NCBI GenBank assembly: GCA_049322915.1
Contig: JBMOPW010000007.1
Location: 340,246-404,245, forward strand
Direction: 5' to 3'
DNA from: Candidatus Zhuqueibacterota bacterium
GTDB lineage: Bacteria > Zhuqueibacterota > Zhuqueibacteria > Thermofontimicrobiales > Thermofontimicrobiaceae
DNA: 64,000 nucleotides
Program-made: the position numbers and the translations under genes
Shown here: positions 27,500 to 37,385 of the stretch, in pieces
Layout: each line of letters opens with the position of its first letter
How positions within the stretch are numbered: position 1 is the stretch's first letter
The notes under the pieces: model-generated
The model's input: only the letters and a program-made list of their open reading frames with translations
Database searches by the model: none
Told to the model about the DNA's origin: nothing

Positions 27500-29167
27500 C
27501 TACTGCTCAATCTGATAAATCGGTTTAATATCCACCGGGACATGACCCAATCCGGCCAGCGCCGATGCCATCACGTCCGTCATGGTTCCGTACCGGGAGT
27601 AGAAGTCCTTCGCGCCGGAATAATCGCCCCGGGCCTGAATGGTCAGCAGCGCATTGGCCAGCGATTTGATCGCATCCTTAACCTTGCTTTGATCCACGCT
27701 GAATCGCCTGGTAGCTTCATTGAACTGGAACGCGCCTTTTTCCATGAGGTAATTGAACTGGATCATGTTAGCGCGGCCGTGGGCGGATTCGATACCGAAT
27801 CGCACGGAACGAAACATGCCAGCCAGATAGGTGATGTACAGCGATTTTTCGAGTTCTGCCGGAAAGACGCCGGCGTCGATTAAATACTGCACATTGAAAT
27901 TTCCGCAGACATCGGCTTTCGCTTCTTCCATGGTGGAATAGGTTTCAGCCAGCATTTTATTGACAGTGGTTTTTTCGCCGCTTGGCAGCGTGATGAAACC
28001 CGGCCCAAGACCATGGCTCACTTCGTGCAACAGAATATGGTTGAAATACGCTTCGAACGTCACATCAGCAAGCTGGGCTTCATCGATCACCTGTTCCGCG
28101 ATAGGTTTCAGAATTTTATCGAACTTGGCTTCCTGCACGTTTTTCAGCATGACCTTTTTACTGCCCTTGGCTTCCCGAACGCGTTCGTCATTGGGCAGAT
28201 TGAAAGCCAATGTCTGCACCCCTGCGCGCGTATCGCCTGAAGTGAGAATTTCCTGCACCACTTTGATCGGAGAAGAACTTCCCCGCGTGAAGTTTTTATA
28301 GATATCGTCGTAGGGAAGATTTTTTTCCATGTTATCCAGTTGACTGGTAATGACCATCAGTTTCTGGCTTTCCACCGGATCCGCTACGGTGAGGAACATT
28401 TCAAATGCCGCTTTGTAGCCCAGCAGCGCATCTTCGTAAACCTCGTACGGCCCAATTACGACCTCGATGGGGCTGTCCAAATCCATCCAGTCCATGTCGC
28501 TCTGATAATAATCATTGCTCAAAAACGCCTCGGCGCGACTGGTGAGAAATTTTTTCAGCGATTCATTTTCCGATAGCGCGGCAGCTTGTTTCAGCAGCGT
28601 GGCGCAGGCCTGCAACTTTTCTTTGTAGGCTTCAGAATAGGGTACTGCCACAAGCCCTTTGTCACCGCGGCGAATGACGGTGAAATTGCTTTCGAATGCT
28701 TCTTTATCATGTGGATTATTCTGTAGCCATTGGAGAAATTCATCTTTCGACATGTCTTCAGGGTAGAAATTGGCGCCGTCCGGTTTGGGCAGCGAATCGA
28801 TGAACGGACGGTTTTCAGACAGTCGGTCAAATGGGCCATACATGATGGTAAAAAAATCCAGATAGGGCGCATCAGCCGGGTCATGGGATTTTTTCAGCGA
28901 TGCCAAAAGGGTTTCGTTTTTTGAATAGACCTGACTGAGGAAAATCGCATCGATAAGCTTTGAAGCCTCGACCAACTTGTCCACCACCTGTTGATCTTTT
29001 TCAGAGAGGATGGTTCGATCATAATCGATGTTGACCGGGGCGAACTTCGCCAGTTGAGTTTGAACGTACTGGATGTCTGCTTTTTTTAACTTCATGGGAT
29101 GCTCGCAATTTAAAAGGATGGTGAGAAGAAAGATGCCACTGAAAATTGACCGCAACATTTTGACCAT
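27500..29167 (-). CDS. Peptidase M49 / dipeptidyl peptidase III-like lipoprotein
   Basis: HEVSHGLGP, EEAKAD, IGPYEVYED, AFNLPNDERV; AAGGAG RBS before ATG 29167; lipobox-like LLNC. Confidence 0.88.
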   Translation of the reverse strand: MVKMLRSIFSGIFLLTILLNCEHPMKLKKADIQYVQTQLAKFAPVNIDYDRTILSEKDQQVVDKLVEASKLIDAIFLSQVYSKNETLLASLKKSHDPADAPYLDFFTIMYGPFDRLSENRPFIDSLPKPDGANFYPEDMSKDEFLQWLQNNPHDKEAFESNFTVIRRGDKGLVAVPYSEAYKEKLQACATLLKQAAALSENESLKKFLTSRAEAFLSNDYYQSDMDWMDLDSPIEVVIGPYEVYEDALLGYKAAFEMFLTVADPVESQKLMVITSQLDNMEKNLPYDDIYKNFTRGSSSPIKVVQEILTSGDTRAGVQTLAFNLPNDERVREAKGSKKVMLKNVQEAKFDKILKPIAEQVIDEAQLADVTFEAYFNHILLHEVSHGLGPGFITLPSGEKTTVNKMLAETYSTMEEAKADVCGNFNVQYLIDAGVFPAELEKSLYITYLAGMFRSVRFGIESAHGRANMIQFNYLMEKGAFQFNEATRRFSVDQSKVKDAIKSLANALLTIQARGDYSGAKDFYSRYGTMTDVMASALAGLGHVPVDIKPIYQIEQ

Positions 29168-29272
29168 GGGGGTTCTCCTTGATTGGGTGAAATGGAAAAG
29201 GCACTTTGTTTCAAGTGAAACGCCACGCACAGAATCTGTCTGCGCACCGATAAGCGGTGCCGGGCGCTCATG

Positions 29273-29301
29273 AATATACAATTTTCCCTAATAAAAATCA
29301 A
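29273..29301 (-). promoter_or_regulatory. Putative sigma70-type promoter of the M49 gene
   Basis: Minus strand TTGATT-N17-TATATT. Confidence 0.5.
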
Positions 29302-29350
29302 TGGGTAATATCGGGACTCCTAACCTTGACAAGCCAGAACCAAAAAAGAA

Positions 29351-29481
29351 ATAGAACGCTGATTACGCGGATGATCCTCCTAAAAAATCGGCGGACGTTC
29401 CGCGCTGATCTTCACGGATTCTTAATCAGTGTAAATACACTGCACCTTTTTGGCGGATCATCAGCGTCAATAGTATTCTAT
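29351..29481. repeat. ~130-bp palindromic REP/MITE-like intergenic element
   Basis: Left arm atagaacgctgattacgcggatgatcctcctaaaaa versus reverse complement of right arm atagaatactattgacgctgatgatccgccaaaaa; internal 9-10-nt ...ggat/...tgat periodicity. Confidence 0.65.
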
Positions 29482-29691
29482 CCTGAATTATTCATGAACT
29501 TGCTCAGAATTTGAGTCGACATTCAGATTTTCAATTAGCTAAAGGCTAAGCTATTTTGTAACTCAGTTTATTTACGTTTATTCTAAAAAGAGCACCATTC
29601 AGGTTAGCCAGCCTCCTTTAAAAATACTATGAATAATGCAGGCTTTAAAATTTTCTGCCAAAAAAAAGTTTGAAAAATATTGCATCAGATA

Positions 29692-32133
29692 CTAGTTTGT
29701 TCTGGCAGTCCGTTCGATTTTCTGGATGGAAATTCTCAATCGGCGTTGAATGTCTTCGGGCAGTGAGGCGCTTTGCAGCGATTGCAACGCGTTCAGGGCT
29801 TTTTCTGTCTTGAAAGAGCCGAGAATTGTGATGGCTTTTTTCTTCAAATGCAGGTCATCTTCAGCCAACAGCTCGATCAGGAGTTGCTCCGCCCGGGCAT
29901 TCCCGATGCCGCAATCGTTGAGTAAGGACAGCGCGCTGAAGCGACGATAGGATGATTGGGTGCTGTCCTGCGCAAATCGAACGGCAATGGGCACTGCGCG
30001 TTCGTCTCTGAGCTGTTGCAATGCATGAAACGCAGCCGAGCGAATGGCATCGTCATCAGAGTCCATGTCAATGAATTGCGCGAAAAAGTCGAAGCTCTGT
30101 TCGTCGAAAACATGGCTGAGCGCGTAGATCGCGTTGGCCACGACCGTGTAACTGGAATCCGTTCGGGCAATTTTTCTGAAAAATGGGAGATACTTTTTGT
30201 CATTGAATGTACCCAGCGCCATGACGGCGGCGGCGCGGACTCGGGCATCCGGGTCATGGCAGGCCGCTTCCAGTGCGATTTTCGATGATGGTCGATTGAA
30301 TTCAATGAACAAATAAGCGGCCTCTTTGCGCACCGCCCAAAATGGATCGGAGCCAATGCAGCGCTCCAACGCCTGTGCTGTGGCCGATGTGTCAAATGTC
30401 GCTTCCGGCAAATGCTGCAGGGCGGACAATCGCGCGGCAACGTGGTCGTGATGCTGAAGTTGGTAAATCCATTCCTGCTGCGTTTTGTAGAACGTCACCT
30501 CTTTGAGAATCCGATTGTCGCTGTCAAACAGGACGAGGGTGGGTTTGTTGTTCAATTGAAAAGAAAATGTGTCGCGACGGGAATCCACAAGAATCGTTTG
30601 CTGAAGCCGGCCAGCGCTGTCGGCCAATTCAATTGTCACAGGCATGGTGAACACCAGTGGAACCAGCCCCAGTGAATCCTGCTGGGTTTGTTCGACGAAC
30701 AATTGAAATTGGCCGGTTGAGCCATCCCAGTTGGTTTTAAGGGAAAAAATCGGATGCCCGCCTTTGAAAATCCATTGATCGAAAAACCATTCCAGATCGG
30801 AATGGGCGGTTTGCTCGACGCAGTGTATGAAATCGGCTGTCGTGGCAGTGCCAAAGGCAAACTGGCTCAGGTAGTTTTTCAGGCTGGCGAAAAAGACGGA
30901 ATCGCCCACCACGTACCGCAGCATGTGAAGCACCTGTCCCGCCTTTTGGTATTCGATGGCGTTGAACATTTCTTCCGGATGATGGTAGCTCTCGAAGAAG
31001 ATTGGCTGATGAAATTTGGGATCAGCCATTTCCAGATACAATTTTTGATCTTTGAAGACGGCGTAGTCCGCTTCATCCGGGCTTCCGCTGAACTCTTTGT
31101 ACAAAATTTCCGCGTAGGTCGCAAAGCCCTCGTTCAACCACACGTGCGGCCAGTCGGAACAGGTGACGAGATTGCCAAACCACTGATGCGCTAACTCATG
31201 CGAAACAAGGTCGTCGCTGTCCTGGTCGAGATGCGCACGATCGTCATGGATAGTTTTGTCGTACAGCGATGTGGCGCCGGTATGTTCCATGCCGGCAGCC
31301 TGGTAATTGTGGATGATGATCTGCGCATATTTATTCCACGGGAAGGGATGGCCGAATAGCCGCTCGAAAATCCCGATCATTTTGGGTGTGTTTTCAAAGG
31401 TATTGGCAGCAATGTGTTCCTGGCCCGGGTAGACGTAGTAAAAAAGCGGCAGCGATTTGTAGCGATCTGCAATCTCGACATACTCCCCGGCGACCAGAGA
31501 GATGAGATAGCTGGAATGCGGCTTGTCCTGCAACCAATGATATATCCTCTTTCTGCGATGTGCGTTGTGCCGGGTTGAAACCAGCCGACCATTGGAGAGC
31601 AGAAAAAACGAATCCGGCACTGTGGCCACAATCTCGCTGGTAACCTTATCATCCGGCGCGTCGTAGCAGGGAAACCAGGTGCGCGCTGCGATGGGCTCAG
31701 AGTGGGAGTAAATTTGCACCGGGCAGTCCGGGTCTTCTGCATTGGGCGCATTGAAGTGCAGGCCGCTCGATGGTTGGCAGGTGTAATGGATCGAGATCGT
31801 GATTTTCTCGGAAGTCGAGTACGCCCGGGGCAGCGTAATTTGAAGGACATCCAAATCGGTGGTGAAGGAGAGACTATCCGCTTCATTGAGCAAGATGCTG
31901 AGGATATCCAGTTGCTTCGCGTGTAATTTTATCGTCGTGAGTTTCGATTCAAGCGGTACAATCGTGAGTGTGGCTTTCCCTGAAAGTAATTTCTCCGGCA
32001 GTTGGAAAGTCAGTTGCAGTTTGATGTGCTGCGTGTCGTAATTTCTTTCGAATGAAAAAACAGGATGGACATGGGACAGAACGAAAATGAGGAACAGCAA
32101 AAATTGGAATTGTCGGTGAATTATAATTTTCAT
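29692..32133 (-). CDS. Exported M1 aminopeptidase N with C-terminal HEAT repeats
   Basis: ARTWFPCYDAP, AAGMEH, HELAHQWFG, WLNEGFATY; HEAT-like C-terminus (DPDARVRAAAV); signal peptide. Confidence 0.92.
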   Translation of the reverse strand: MKIIIHRQFQFLLFLIFVLSHVHPVFSFERNYDTQHIKLQLTFQLPEKLLSGKATLTIVPLESKLTTIKLHAKQLDILSILLNEADSLSFTTDLDVLQITLPRAYSTSEKITISIHYTCQPSSGLHFNAPNAEDPDCPVQIYSHSEPIAARTWFPCYDAPDDKVTSEIVATVPDSFFLLSNGRLVSTRHNAHRRKRIYHWLQDKPHSSYLISLVAGEYVEIADRYKSLPLFYYVYPGQEHIAANTFENTPKMIGIFERLFGHPFPWNKYAQIIIHNYQAAGMEHTGATSLYDKTIHDDRAHLDQDSDDLVSHELAHQWFGNLVTCSDWPHVWLNEGFATYAEILYKEFSGSPDEADYAVFKDQKLYLEMADPKFHQPIFFESYHHPEEMFNAIEYQKAGQVLHMLRYVVGDSVFFASLKNYLSQFAFGTATTADFIHCVEQTAHSDLEWFFDQWIFKGGHPIFSLKTNWDGSTGQFQLFVEQTQQDSLGLVPLVFTMPVTIELADSAGRLQQTILVDSRRDTFSFQLNNKPTLVLFDSDNRILKEVTFYKTQQEWIYQLQHHDHVAARLSALQHLPEATFDTSATAQALERCIGSDPFWAVRKEAAYLFIEFNRPSSKIALEAACHDPDARVRAAAVMALGTFNDKKYLPFFRKIARTDSSYTVVANAIYALSHVFDEQSFDFFAQFIDMDSDDDAIRSAAFHALQQLRDERAVPIAVRFAQDSTQSSYRRFSALSLLNDCGIGNARAEQLLIELLAEDDLHLKKKAITILGSFKTEKALNALQSLQSASLPEDIQRRLRISIQKIERTARTN

Positions 32134-32340
32134 TCAAAACCTTAATGCAGATTAGCTGCCAATGCGCCCCCTGCGCCATGGTCGCCGGCAATTCGAGCCA
32201 CAGCAGCGACAGATTAACTGATTGAGTGTGCAGCAAAAAGCGAGTCGCTCTTTGATTTAACTGGAATGGATGCTCACTTTAACGAGCTATGTATGTAATC
32301 GGTTCCTCCTGTATGTGCCAAGAAGGAGAAGGGACAAATA

Positions 32341-32370
32341 AAAAACCAGCATCGCGGTCAGATGCTGGTT
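32341..32370 (-). terminator. Intrinsic terminator after the diguanylate cyclase
   Basis: AACCAGCATC-gcggtca-GATGCTGGTT with an A-tract to its left on the plus strand. Confidence 0.7.
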
Positions 32371-32394
32371 CAGAGTTAAATATCGGTTGACGAA

Positions 32395-33549
32395 TTATTT
32401 TCCGGCAGCCACGGTGCGGGATGTGAGTGGCAAGATGTTGTTGCCATTCAAATTGGGTGAATAGGTAGCGACGCAGTTTCGGCCGTTGGCTTTAGCGCGG
32501 TAGAGCGCGCGGTCAGCGCATTCGAGCAATTCCTGGGAATTGGAAGAATCGTTCGGCAAGGTCGCCAGCCCCAACGAGATGGTCACCTTCCCTTTGGGCT
32601 GATATTCTTCGCGGGGGAATTTGCCCTTTTCAATGGCCAGCCGCAGTTTTTCAGCCACCTGATCCGCCTGACTTTTATCGATTTCCGGGAGAAGAATGAC
32701 AAACTCTTCTCCGCCATAGCGAGCGACGATATCCGCTTTGCGCAGATTGGATTCGAGGGAATTAGCCACTTTTTTCAGCACCTCATCGCCCAGGATGTGA
32801 CCGTTAATGTCGTTATAATTTTTAAAATAATCAATATCGACCATGATGACCGAGAGCGGTCGTTTGTAACGCTTGGCGCGCAGCACTTCCCGTTCGTACC
32901 GCTGATTGAAATACCGTCGGTTATAAAGCCCGGTCAATTCATCCGTGATGGATAATTCGCGCGTATGTCGAAACAAAAATGTCTTATCCAGCACTTTCGC
33001 GATTTCCTTGCTGACCTTCTTGAAGAGAGTGATCTCGTTCTTGGTGAAAGAATCGACGATGCGGCGATGAAGACTTAAAACACCCAGGGGATGTTTTTTC
33101 TTCAGCAGAATGGGTATCACCAGGAATGAACCGGTTTTGGGTTCTCCGTCGAAATAAAGATAATTGTTATCTCTGCTAATATCAGGAACAAGGATCACCT
33201 CCTCGCGCTCGGCGGACTGCCCAAAGATGTTTTCCCCCATTTTGAAAGTTGAATTTTCTTCAAATCCTTCCGGCAGACCAAACGCATGGCGCAAGCTCAT
33301 GGAGCAGAGGCAATCGTCCAGCAGGAAAATACCAAAGTGATCTACATTGAATGTCTTTTGAAATAGCTTTCGAAACGATTTCAGTATTTCATCCAGATCC
33401 ACACTGTTGGCCAGCGTTAAGCTAATCTGGTACAGAGAGTAGAGTTCCAGCAAGCGATCATTCAGACTGTGATTGAGTGCTTCAATTTCAGCGTACTTTT
33501 TTTGTAACCCGGCAAGCTGACTTTTTAAAGCATCATAATTTTCTGCCAT
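32395..33549 (-). CDS. GAF-GGDEF diguanylate cyclase
   Basis: N-terminal coiled coil, GAF domain, TDELTGLYNRR, DIDYFKNYND, I-site RKAD and ARYGGEEF. ATG 33549; TTG 33555 possible. Confidence 0.93.
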   Translation of the reverse strand: MAENYDALKSQLAGLQKKYAEIEALNHSLNDRLLELYSLYQISLTLANSVDLDEILKSFRKLFQKTFNVDHFGIFLLDDCLCSMSLRHAFGLPEGFEENSTFKMGENIFGQSAEREEVILVPDISRDNNYLYFDGEPKTGSFLVIPILLKKKHPLGVLSLHRRIVDSFTKNEITLFKKVSKEIAKVLDKTFLFRHTRELSITDELTGLYNRRYFNQRYEREVLRAKRYKRPLSVIMVDIDYFKNYNDINGHILGDEVLKKVANSLESNLRKADIVARYGGEEFVILLPEIDKSQADQVAEKLRLAIEKGKFPREEYQPKGKVTISLGLATLPNDSSNSQELLECADRALYRAKANGRNCVATYSPNLNGNNILPLTSRTVAAGK

Positions 33550-33662
33550 GACCAAACCTTCTTCATGTTGTTATAATGGCAAATTACGATTGCAATTTCG
33601 CTTGAATTAAAATTGTACAATAGGATTGGCTGAAAAGATATTTTCGAAAGCGTCCCAGATCT

Positions 33663-34226
33663 TCACTGGAGAACTGAAACGGGAGCTGAGCAGACATTTA
33701 AGTAATGCGCTAATTTTCGATACTTGTTCTCTAAATTTTCATGTTGCTGAGCTCTGAAGTAGAAATTATAGAACAGCTCTCGATCCTGATTGTCTAAACA
33801 GATTTTGAGCGAAGCGCTACTTTTTTGACAAAGAAAGGTACTAAGAAGATGAAACTCTTCATTCAGGTCAATGGCGATGTCGTAGCTCATCGAAAATACT
33901 TTTTGCACCAATTCATTTTTCGGAAGCCCGAACATGTTTACATCTTTCTCCGCAACAATTATTGTGCCATATTTCTTCAGGCCGTCGAGTTGTTCAAGAT
34001 AACTATCTCGGACAACAAACTGAAACGAGGCATTGGGAAAATCGGAGGTCAGGTTGACAATGAAATTCCTGGCAATCCGAAACGCTTCTGTATTGTATGG
34101 CATGCAGACTAATATCGTTCGAGCTTCAGCCAGTGTACCAAATATATCGACGACATCGGCATCTTTCCTGAGTCTCTTAGCAAATTTAAGAAAGGGAATA
34201 GCGATTTTTTCCATAAATTTTGACAT
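33663..34226 (-). CDS. Hypothetical protein, DUF6913-like (resembles the N-terminal part of GT9 heptosyltransferases)
   Basis: 187 aa; KDVNMFGLPK...YDIAIDLN...SSASLKIC pattern. Family assigned from memory. Confidence 0.6.
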   Translation of the reverse strand: MSKFMEKIAIPFLKFAKRLRKDADVVDIFGTLAEARTILVCMPYNTEAFRIARNFIVNLTSDFPNASFQFVVRDSYLEQLDGLKKYGTIIVAEKDVNMFGLPKNELVQKVFSMSYDIAIDLNEEFHLLSTFLCQKSSASLKICLDNQDRELFYNFYFRAQQHENLENKYRKLAHYLNVCSAPVSVLQ

Positions 34227-34266
34227 AACGCCTTAACTTTATTATAGAAGGTACGTTGAAGGCTAC

Positions 34267-34295
34267 AATATAACATAATTCCATAAATAAGTCAA
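34267..34295 (-). promoter_or_regulatory. Putative sigma70-type promoter for the DUF6913-like and GGDEF genes
   Basis: Minus strand TTGACT-N17-TATATT with TG extension. Confidence 0.6.
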
Positions 34296-34331
34296 TAGGA
34301 AAATTCATATTAAAAAATGTTTATTATCAAC

Positions 34332-36326
34332 TCACCAGTTCGATTCCAATTGAAAAGTCAAAGTATTTACTGTGTTTGCCATAATTTCATCCAGGCCGGT
34401 GCCGACAGATTCAGTATGCAGATAGTCGGTTGAACTATATTTAAAGCCGAGTTTCAGGTGCGAACCGACCTGGTACTGCACAATTCCATACCAGCGACTG
34501 CCTCGTCCATACAGCATGAAATTCGTCAACATGCCTGGAACATCGCGCTCAAACTGGTACAGCCGACTATCGTAATTATCAGTGTCAAAATAGGTGAGTC
34601 GCATGGATGCGGTCAGGCGCTGCTTGTGGGTGTATGAAAATTCCTGATACAGCAACAGGCCTTCGCTGTCCGGACGTATCGTCAGCACGGTGCGGTTGTA
34701 ACTGCGGTAATTGACTCGGACATGTTCGATCCTGTGGCGCAGCTTCAGGGACGACCAGGGGCTGTAATCTATCTGAAAGCGCAGGTTGAGCTGATTGCGT
34801 GGAAGCACCACCTCACTTTTTGGGCCCGACGAACCGAAGGAGTCCACGACCTCTGCCCCTTGTTTCGCACGTGTTTGAAAAAATAACCAAAGGCCTTTCA
34901 ATGGCTTATAGCCAATGTTCAGGAATAGTCCATTGCCACTTGCCGGCATAGGCGTGTAATAAGTTCGCCAGGGCATTTTGTACTGATCGTATGAGAAGGA
35001 AAATTTGAATAATGATGACGCGTCGTTTGAGACGCCAAAGAATACGCCGCACTCATTTTGAGGATGGTCGCTCTGAACACTGAAACTGTGGCCATGCAGG
35101 CTGTTGAAATCTCGGGAGTAATGTCTGACAACAGTGACAAAATTCATTGCGCTTGTGTGAAGGACCATCCCGGCAAGGGCGCCGTAGCCACGATTCCGGG
35201 AGAAACCGCTTTCGCCGAACAGGTTCATGGAGCCAAACGTCAGATTGAAATCGCTGCCGGCAACGAAATTTTCCTGGCCGGAGAATGCAAAGCGCGACCG
35301 GTACACATCTCCGGAAGCGATTGCCCGATCGAAGCGAGAAATATAACCTGTGAGTCCGAGGTTAAAAGTCGGTGAGGGTGAAATCTTTATCCGTCCGCCG
35401 GCCAGCCGTTCACTCACTTTATCTTGCCTGGCGACCTCTGTGTCAGTGCGGTGATAGCCTGATTCGTAAAAATTTTTTACGGTTCCACCCGGATTGAGCG
35501 TGGCATCTAATTGTTGATCTGAATAAAATATGAAGAACTGGTAAATTTCAAAACATTTTTTCCCGGCGATCCCGCGAAGTGATGCATTTTCGTCCACCAG
35601 CGTGTACTCCTTCAACTCTTGTCCTTTCTTTTTCGTTGAAAAATACGGGGAGTTGGTTTGCCGCTGACCATAGGGATTCCAGAACAGGAGACCATTTGCA
35701 AATTCAAGGCGAAAATTGCCGAGGATGAACATATCCCCGGAATTGCGCGGTTGGTACTTCAGAAAAAACGATGTGAAATCGTCGAAATGCTTTTCTCCCA
35801 CGTCCCGTTCCAGTAGGCCTCCGGCAATGATTTCGCTGCGAAAATCAACGATCAGGCGATTGTAATATTTGAAGGGAGAAGGATAATAGCGACCATCTTC
35901 CAGTCCAACGCTTTCCTGTAATTTGCGATAGGTTCTAGATTTCATCGAGATGCCAAAATCAGTGACAGACAATCTCTCTTTGAACATAACATACCGTTGA
36001 ATCGCCTTGACAGTGGCAGGCGAAATCGTCTTCACGCGAGTCAATTCGTCGATGGAATTGAATTTTCCGTTTTTTTGCCGGAAGCGAATGATCGCTGCGG
36101 CCTGAACCTCGGATATCCACGGAAGAATGGCAATTTGATCGAGCGTTGCGGAGTTAATGTCGATGGGCTTTTGCTCAAGCTCGGAGAGGATTTCCATCAG
36201 TTCGGAATTGTCCGAATAATCTTCCTGGCTCTCGAGTAGTTCCTCGACTTCAGCTTCCTGGGCTATGACAAAGCCGAAAGGGATCATCAGCATCAATATT
36301 ATTTTTAACAGTCGGTCAGTCTTCAT
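34332..36326 (-). CDS. Helix-hairpin-helix (ComEA-like) domain protein with C-terminal outer-membrane beta-barrel-like region
   Basis: Signal peptide; PIDINSATLDQIAILPWI...AIIRFRQKNGKFNSIDELTRV (HhH_3); beta-strand-rich C-terminus ending in W. Confidence 0.8.
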   Translation of the reverse strand: MKTDRLLKIILMLMIPFGFVIAQEAEVEELLESQEDYSDNSELMEILSELEQKPIDINSATLDQIAILPWISEVQAAAIIRFRQKNGKFNSIDELTRVKTISPATVKAIQRYVMFKERLSVTDFGISMKSRTYRKLQESVGLEDGRYYPSPFKYYNRLIVDFRSEIIAGGLLERDVGEKHFDDFTSFFLKYQPRNSGDMFILGNFRLEFANGLLFWNPYGQRQTNSPYFSTKKKGQELKEYTLVDENASLRGIAGKKCFEIYQFFIFYSDQQLDATLNPGGTVKNFYESGYHRTDTEVARQDKVSERLAGGRIKISPSPTFNLGLTGYISRFDRAIASGDVYRSRFAFSGQENFVAGSDFNLTFGSMNLFGESGFSRNRGYGALAGMVLHTSAMNFVTVVRHYSRDFNSLHGHSFSVQSDHPQNECGVFFGVSNDASSLFKFSFSYDQYKMPWRTYYTPMPASGNGLFLNIGYKPLKGLWLFFQTRAKQGAEVVDSFGSSGPKSEVVLPRNQLNLRFQIDYSPWSSLKLRHRIEHVRVNYRSYNRTVLTIRPDSEGLLLYQEFSYTHKQRLTASMRLTYFDTDNYDSRLYQFERDVPGMLTNFMLYGRGSRWYGIVQYQVGSHLKLGFKYSSTDYLHTESVGTGLDEIMANTVNTLTFQLESNW

Positions 36327-36472
36327 TCCGTGCGCCGAGTGGATTGAATTGAAGCATCATTCGTCTCCGGGTAACAGCGATGAGTAGTTGCAAGAAAAGC
36401 TTTGGTGGACATTGTTCAGAAATTGGTCTGATATTTTTACAATGGCCAGTTGCTCTGAAACGATAGCACGAG

Positions 36473-37297
36473 CTATGGCCTCAGTTGAAATTGAATTCCG
36501 AACTGGTGAGTGATCCCCAGATCAGGATGGCTTGTCATGGCATAATCGACCGCGAAATAGGAAAACAACAATCCCAGACCGGCGCTGAAATTATCCGGCT
36601 GTGTGGTCATGCCGGTTCGTAAGGCGAGACGATTGAGAATGCGGTATTCGATGCCAACTCGGAGTTCAGCCGGGAAATCGATGTCCTTGAAAATATCCAT
36701 ATTCAGGATCAGGCCGGTCGCCGGCGAAAGGCTCATCCCTGAGGAGAACGTCTGTGGCAGTTGTTCGTGCGCGGCTCCAATTTGCGCCCGATTCAGATTT
36801 GTGGCAGCGAATCCCCAACGGATGCGTTCGGTGATTTTCGCCAACACGCCCACGTCGAATGCGCAGGAAAAATTTGAACCATAGCCATTTATCTGTAGTT
36901 TCATATACTGAAAATTAATTCCCAGATACAGCTTCTGCCGAAAAGAACGCGACAACGCGATGACGGCTATTTGTTCCTGATACAGTTCATTGCCGAAGCT
37001 GATGAAGCCAATGCCGACCTGAGCGAATTTGGCCGGCACAACCGCGGCCAGGGAGCCAAAGGCAAGTTCCTTCATCCCGAATGGTCGGGAATATAACAGG
37101 TTCAGCGCGGGCTGATTTATTTGCGCCAGTCCGCTGCAATTGATGAAAACTGCGTCCGGAGAGTCAGCGCGCCCTACATAGGCTAATCCCATTCCTCGGG
37201 CGCGCGTACCGTAGCCGTTGATTTCAAAGCTTGCGAAGGAAATTTCGAAGCAGCAAAAGATCAGAATGCCGATGAGGAGCGAATTTGATTTTAGCAT
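36473..37297 (-). CDS. PorV/PorQ-like (FadL-related, UPF0164) outer-membrane beta-barrel
   Basis: Signal peptide, GTRARGMGLAYVGRADSPDAVFINCSGLA plug motif, barrel strands, HPDLGITHQFG C-terminus. Confidence 0.75.
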   Translation of the reverse strand: MLKSNSLLIGILIFCCFEISFASFEINGYGTRARGMGLAYVGRADSPDAVFINCSGLAQINQPALNLLYSRPFGMKELAFGSLAAVVPAKFAQVGIGFISFGNELYQEQIAVIALSRSFRQKLYLGINFQYMKLQINGYGSNFSCAFDVGVLAKITERIRWGFAATNLNRAQIGAAHEQLPQTFSSGMSLSPATGLILNMDIFKDIDFPAELRVGIEYRILNRLALRTGMTTQPDNFSAGLGLLFSYFAVDYAMTSHPDLGITHQFGIQFQLRP

Positions 37298-37316
37298 AAT
37301 CAATTCAATAAATTGC

Positions 37317-37347
37317 TTGACTCTAATTGTCTATTTCGTTACTTTTG
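37317..37347 (+). promoter_or_regulatory. Putative housekeeping promoter of the DUF4835 gene
   Basis: TTGACT-N17-TACTTTTG; the -10 region is also an exact TAnnTTTG Bacteroidota -7 element. Confidence 0.6.
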
Positions 37348-37385
37348 AAAAAACAGGAGCCGAATCCGTGCTGAGGAGAAGGATC

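Noticed and set aside
29168..29281. N-terminal extension of the M49 ORF to 29281
   Set aside because: It overlaps the predicted promoter. ATG 29167 has a strong RBS and gives a proper signal peptide.
23560..29481. CRISPR array
   Set aside because: Repeat units are 9-10 nt, degenerate and unspaced; no cas genes.
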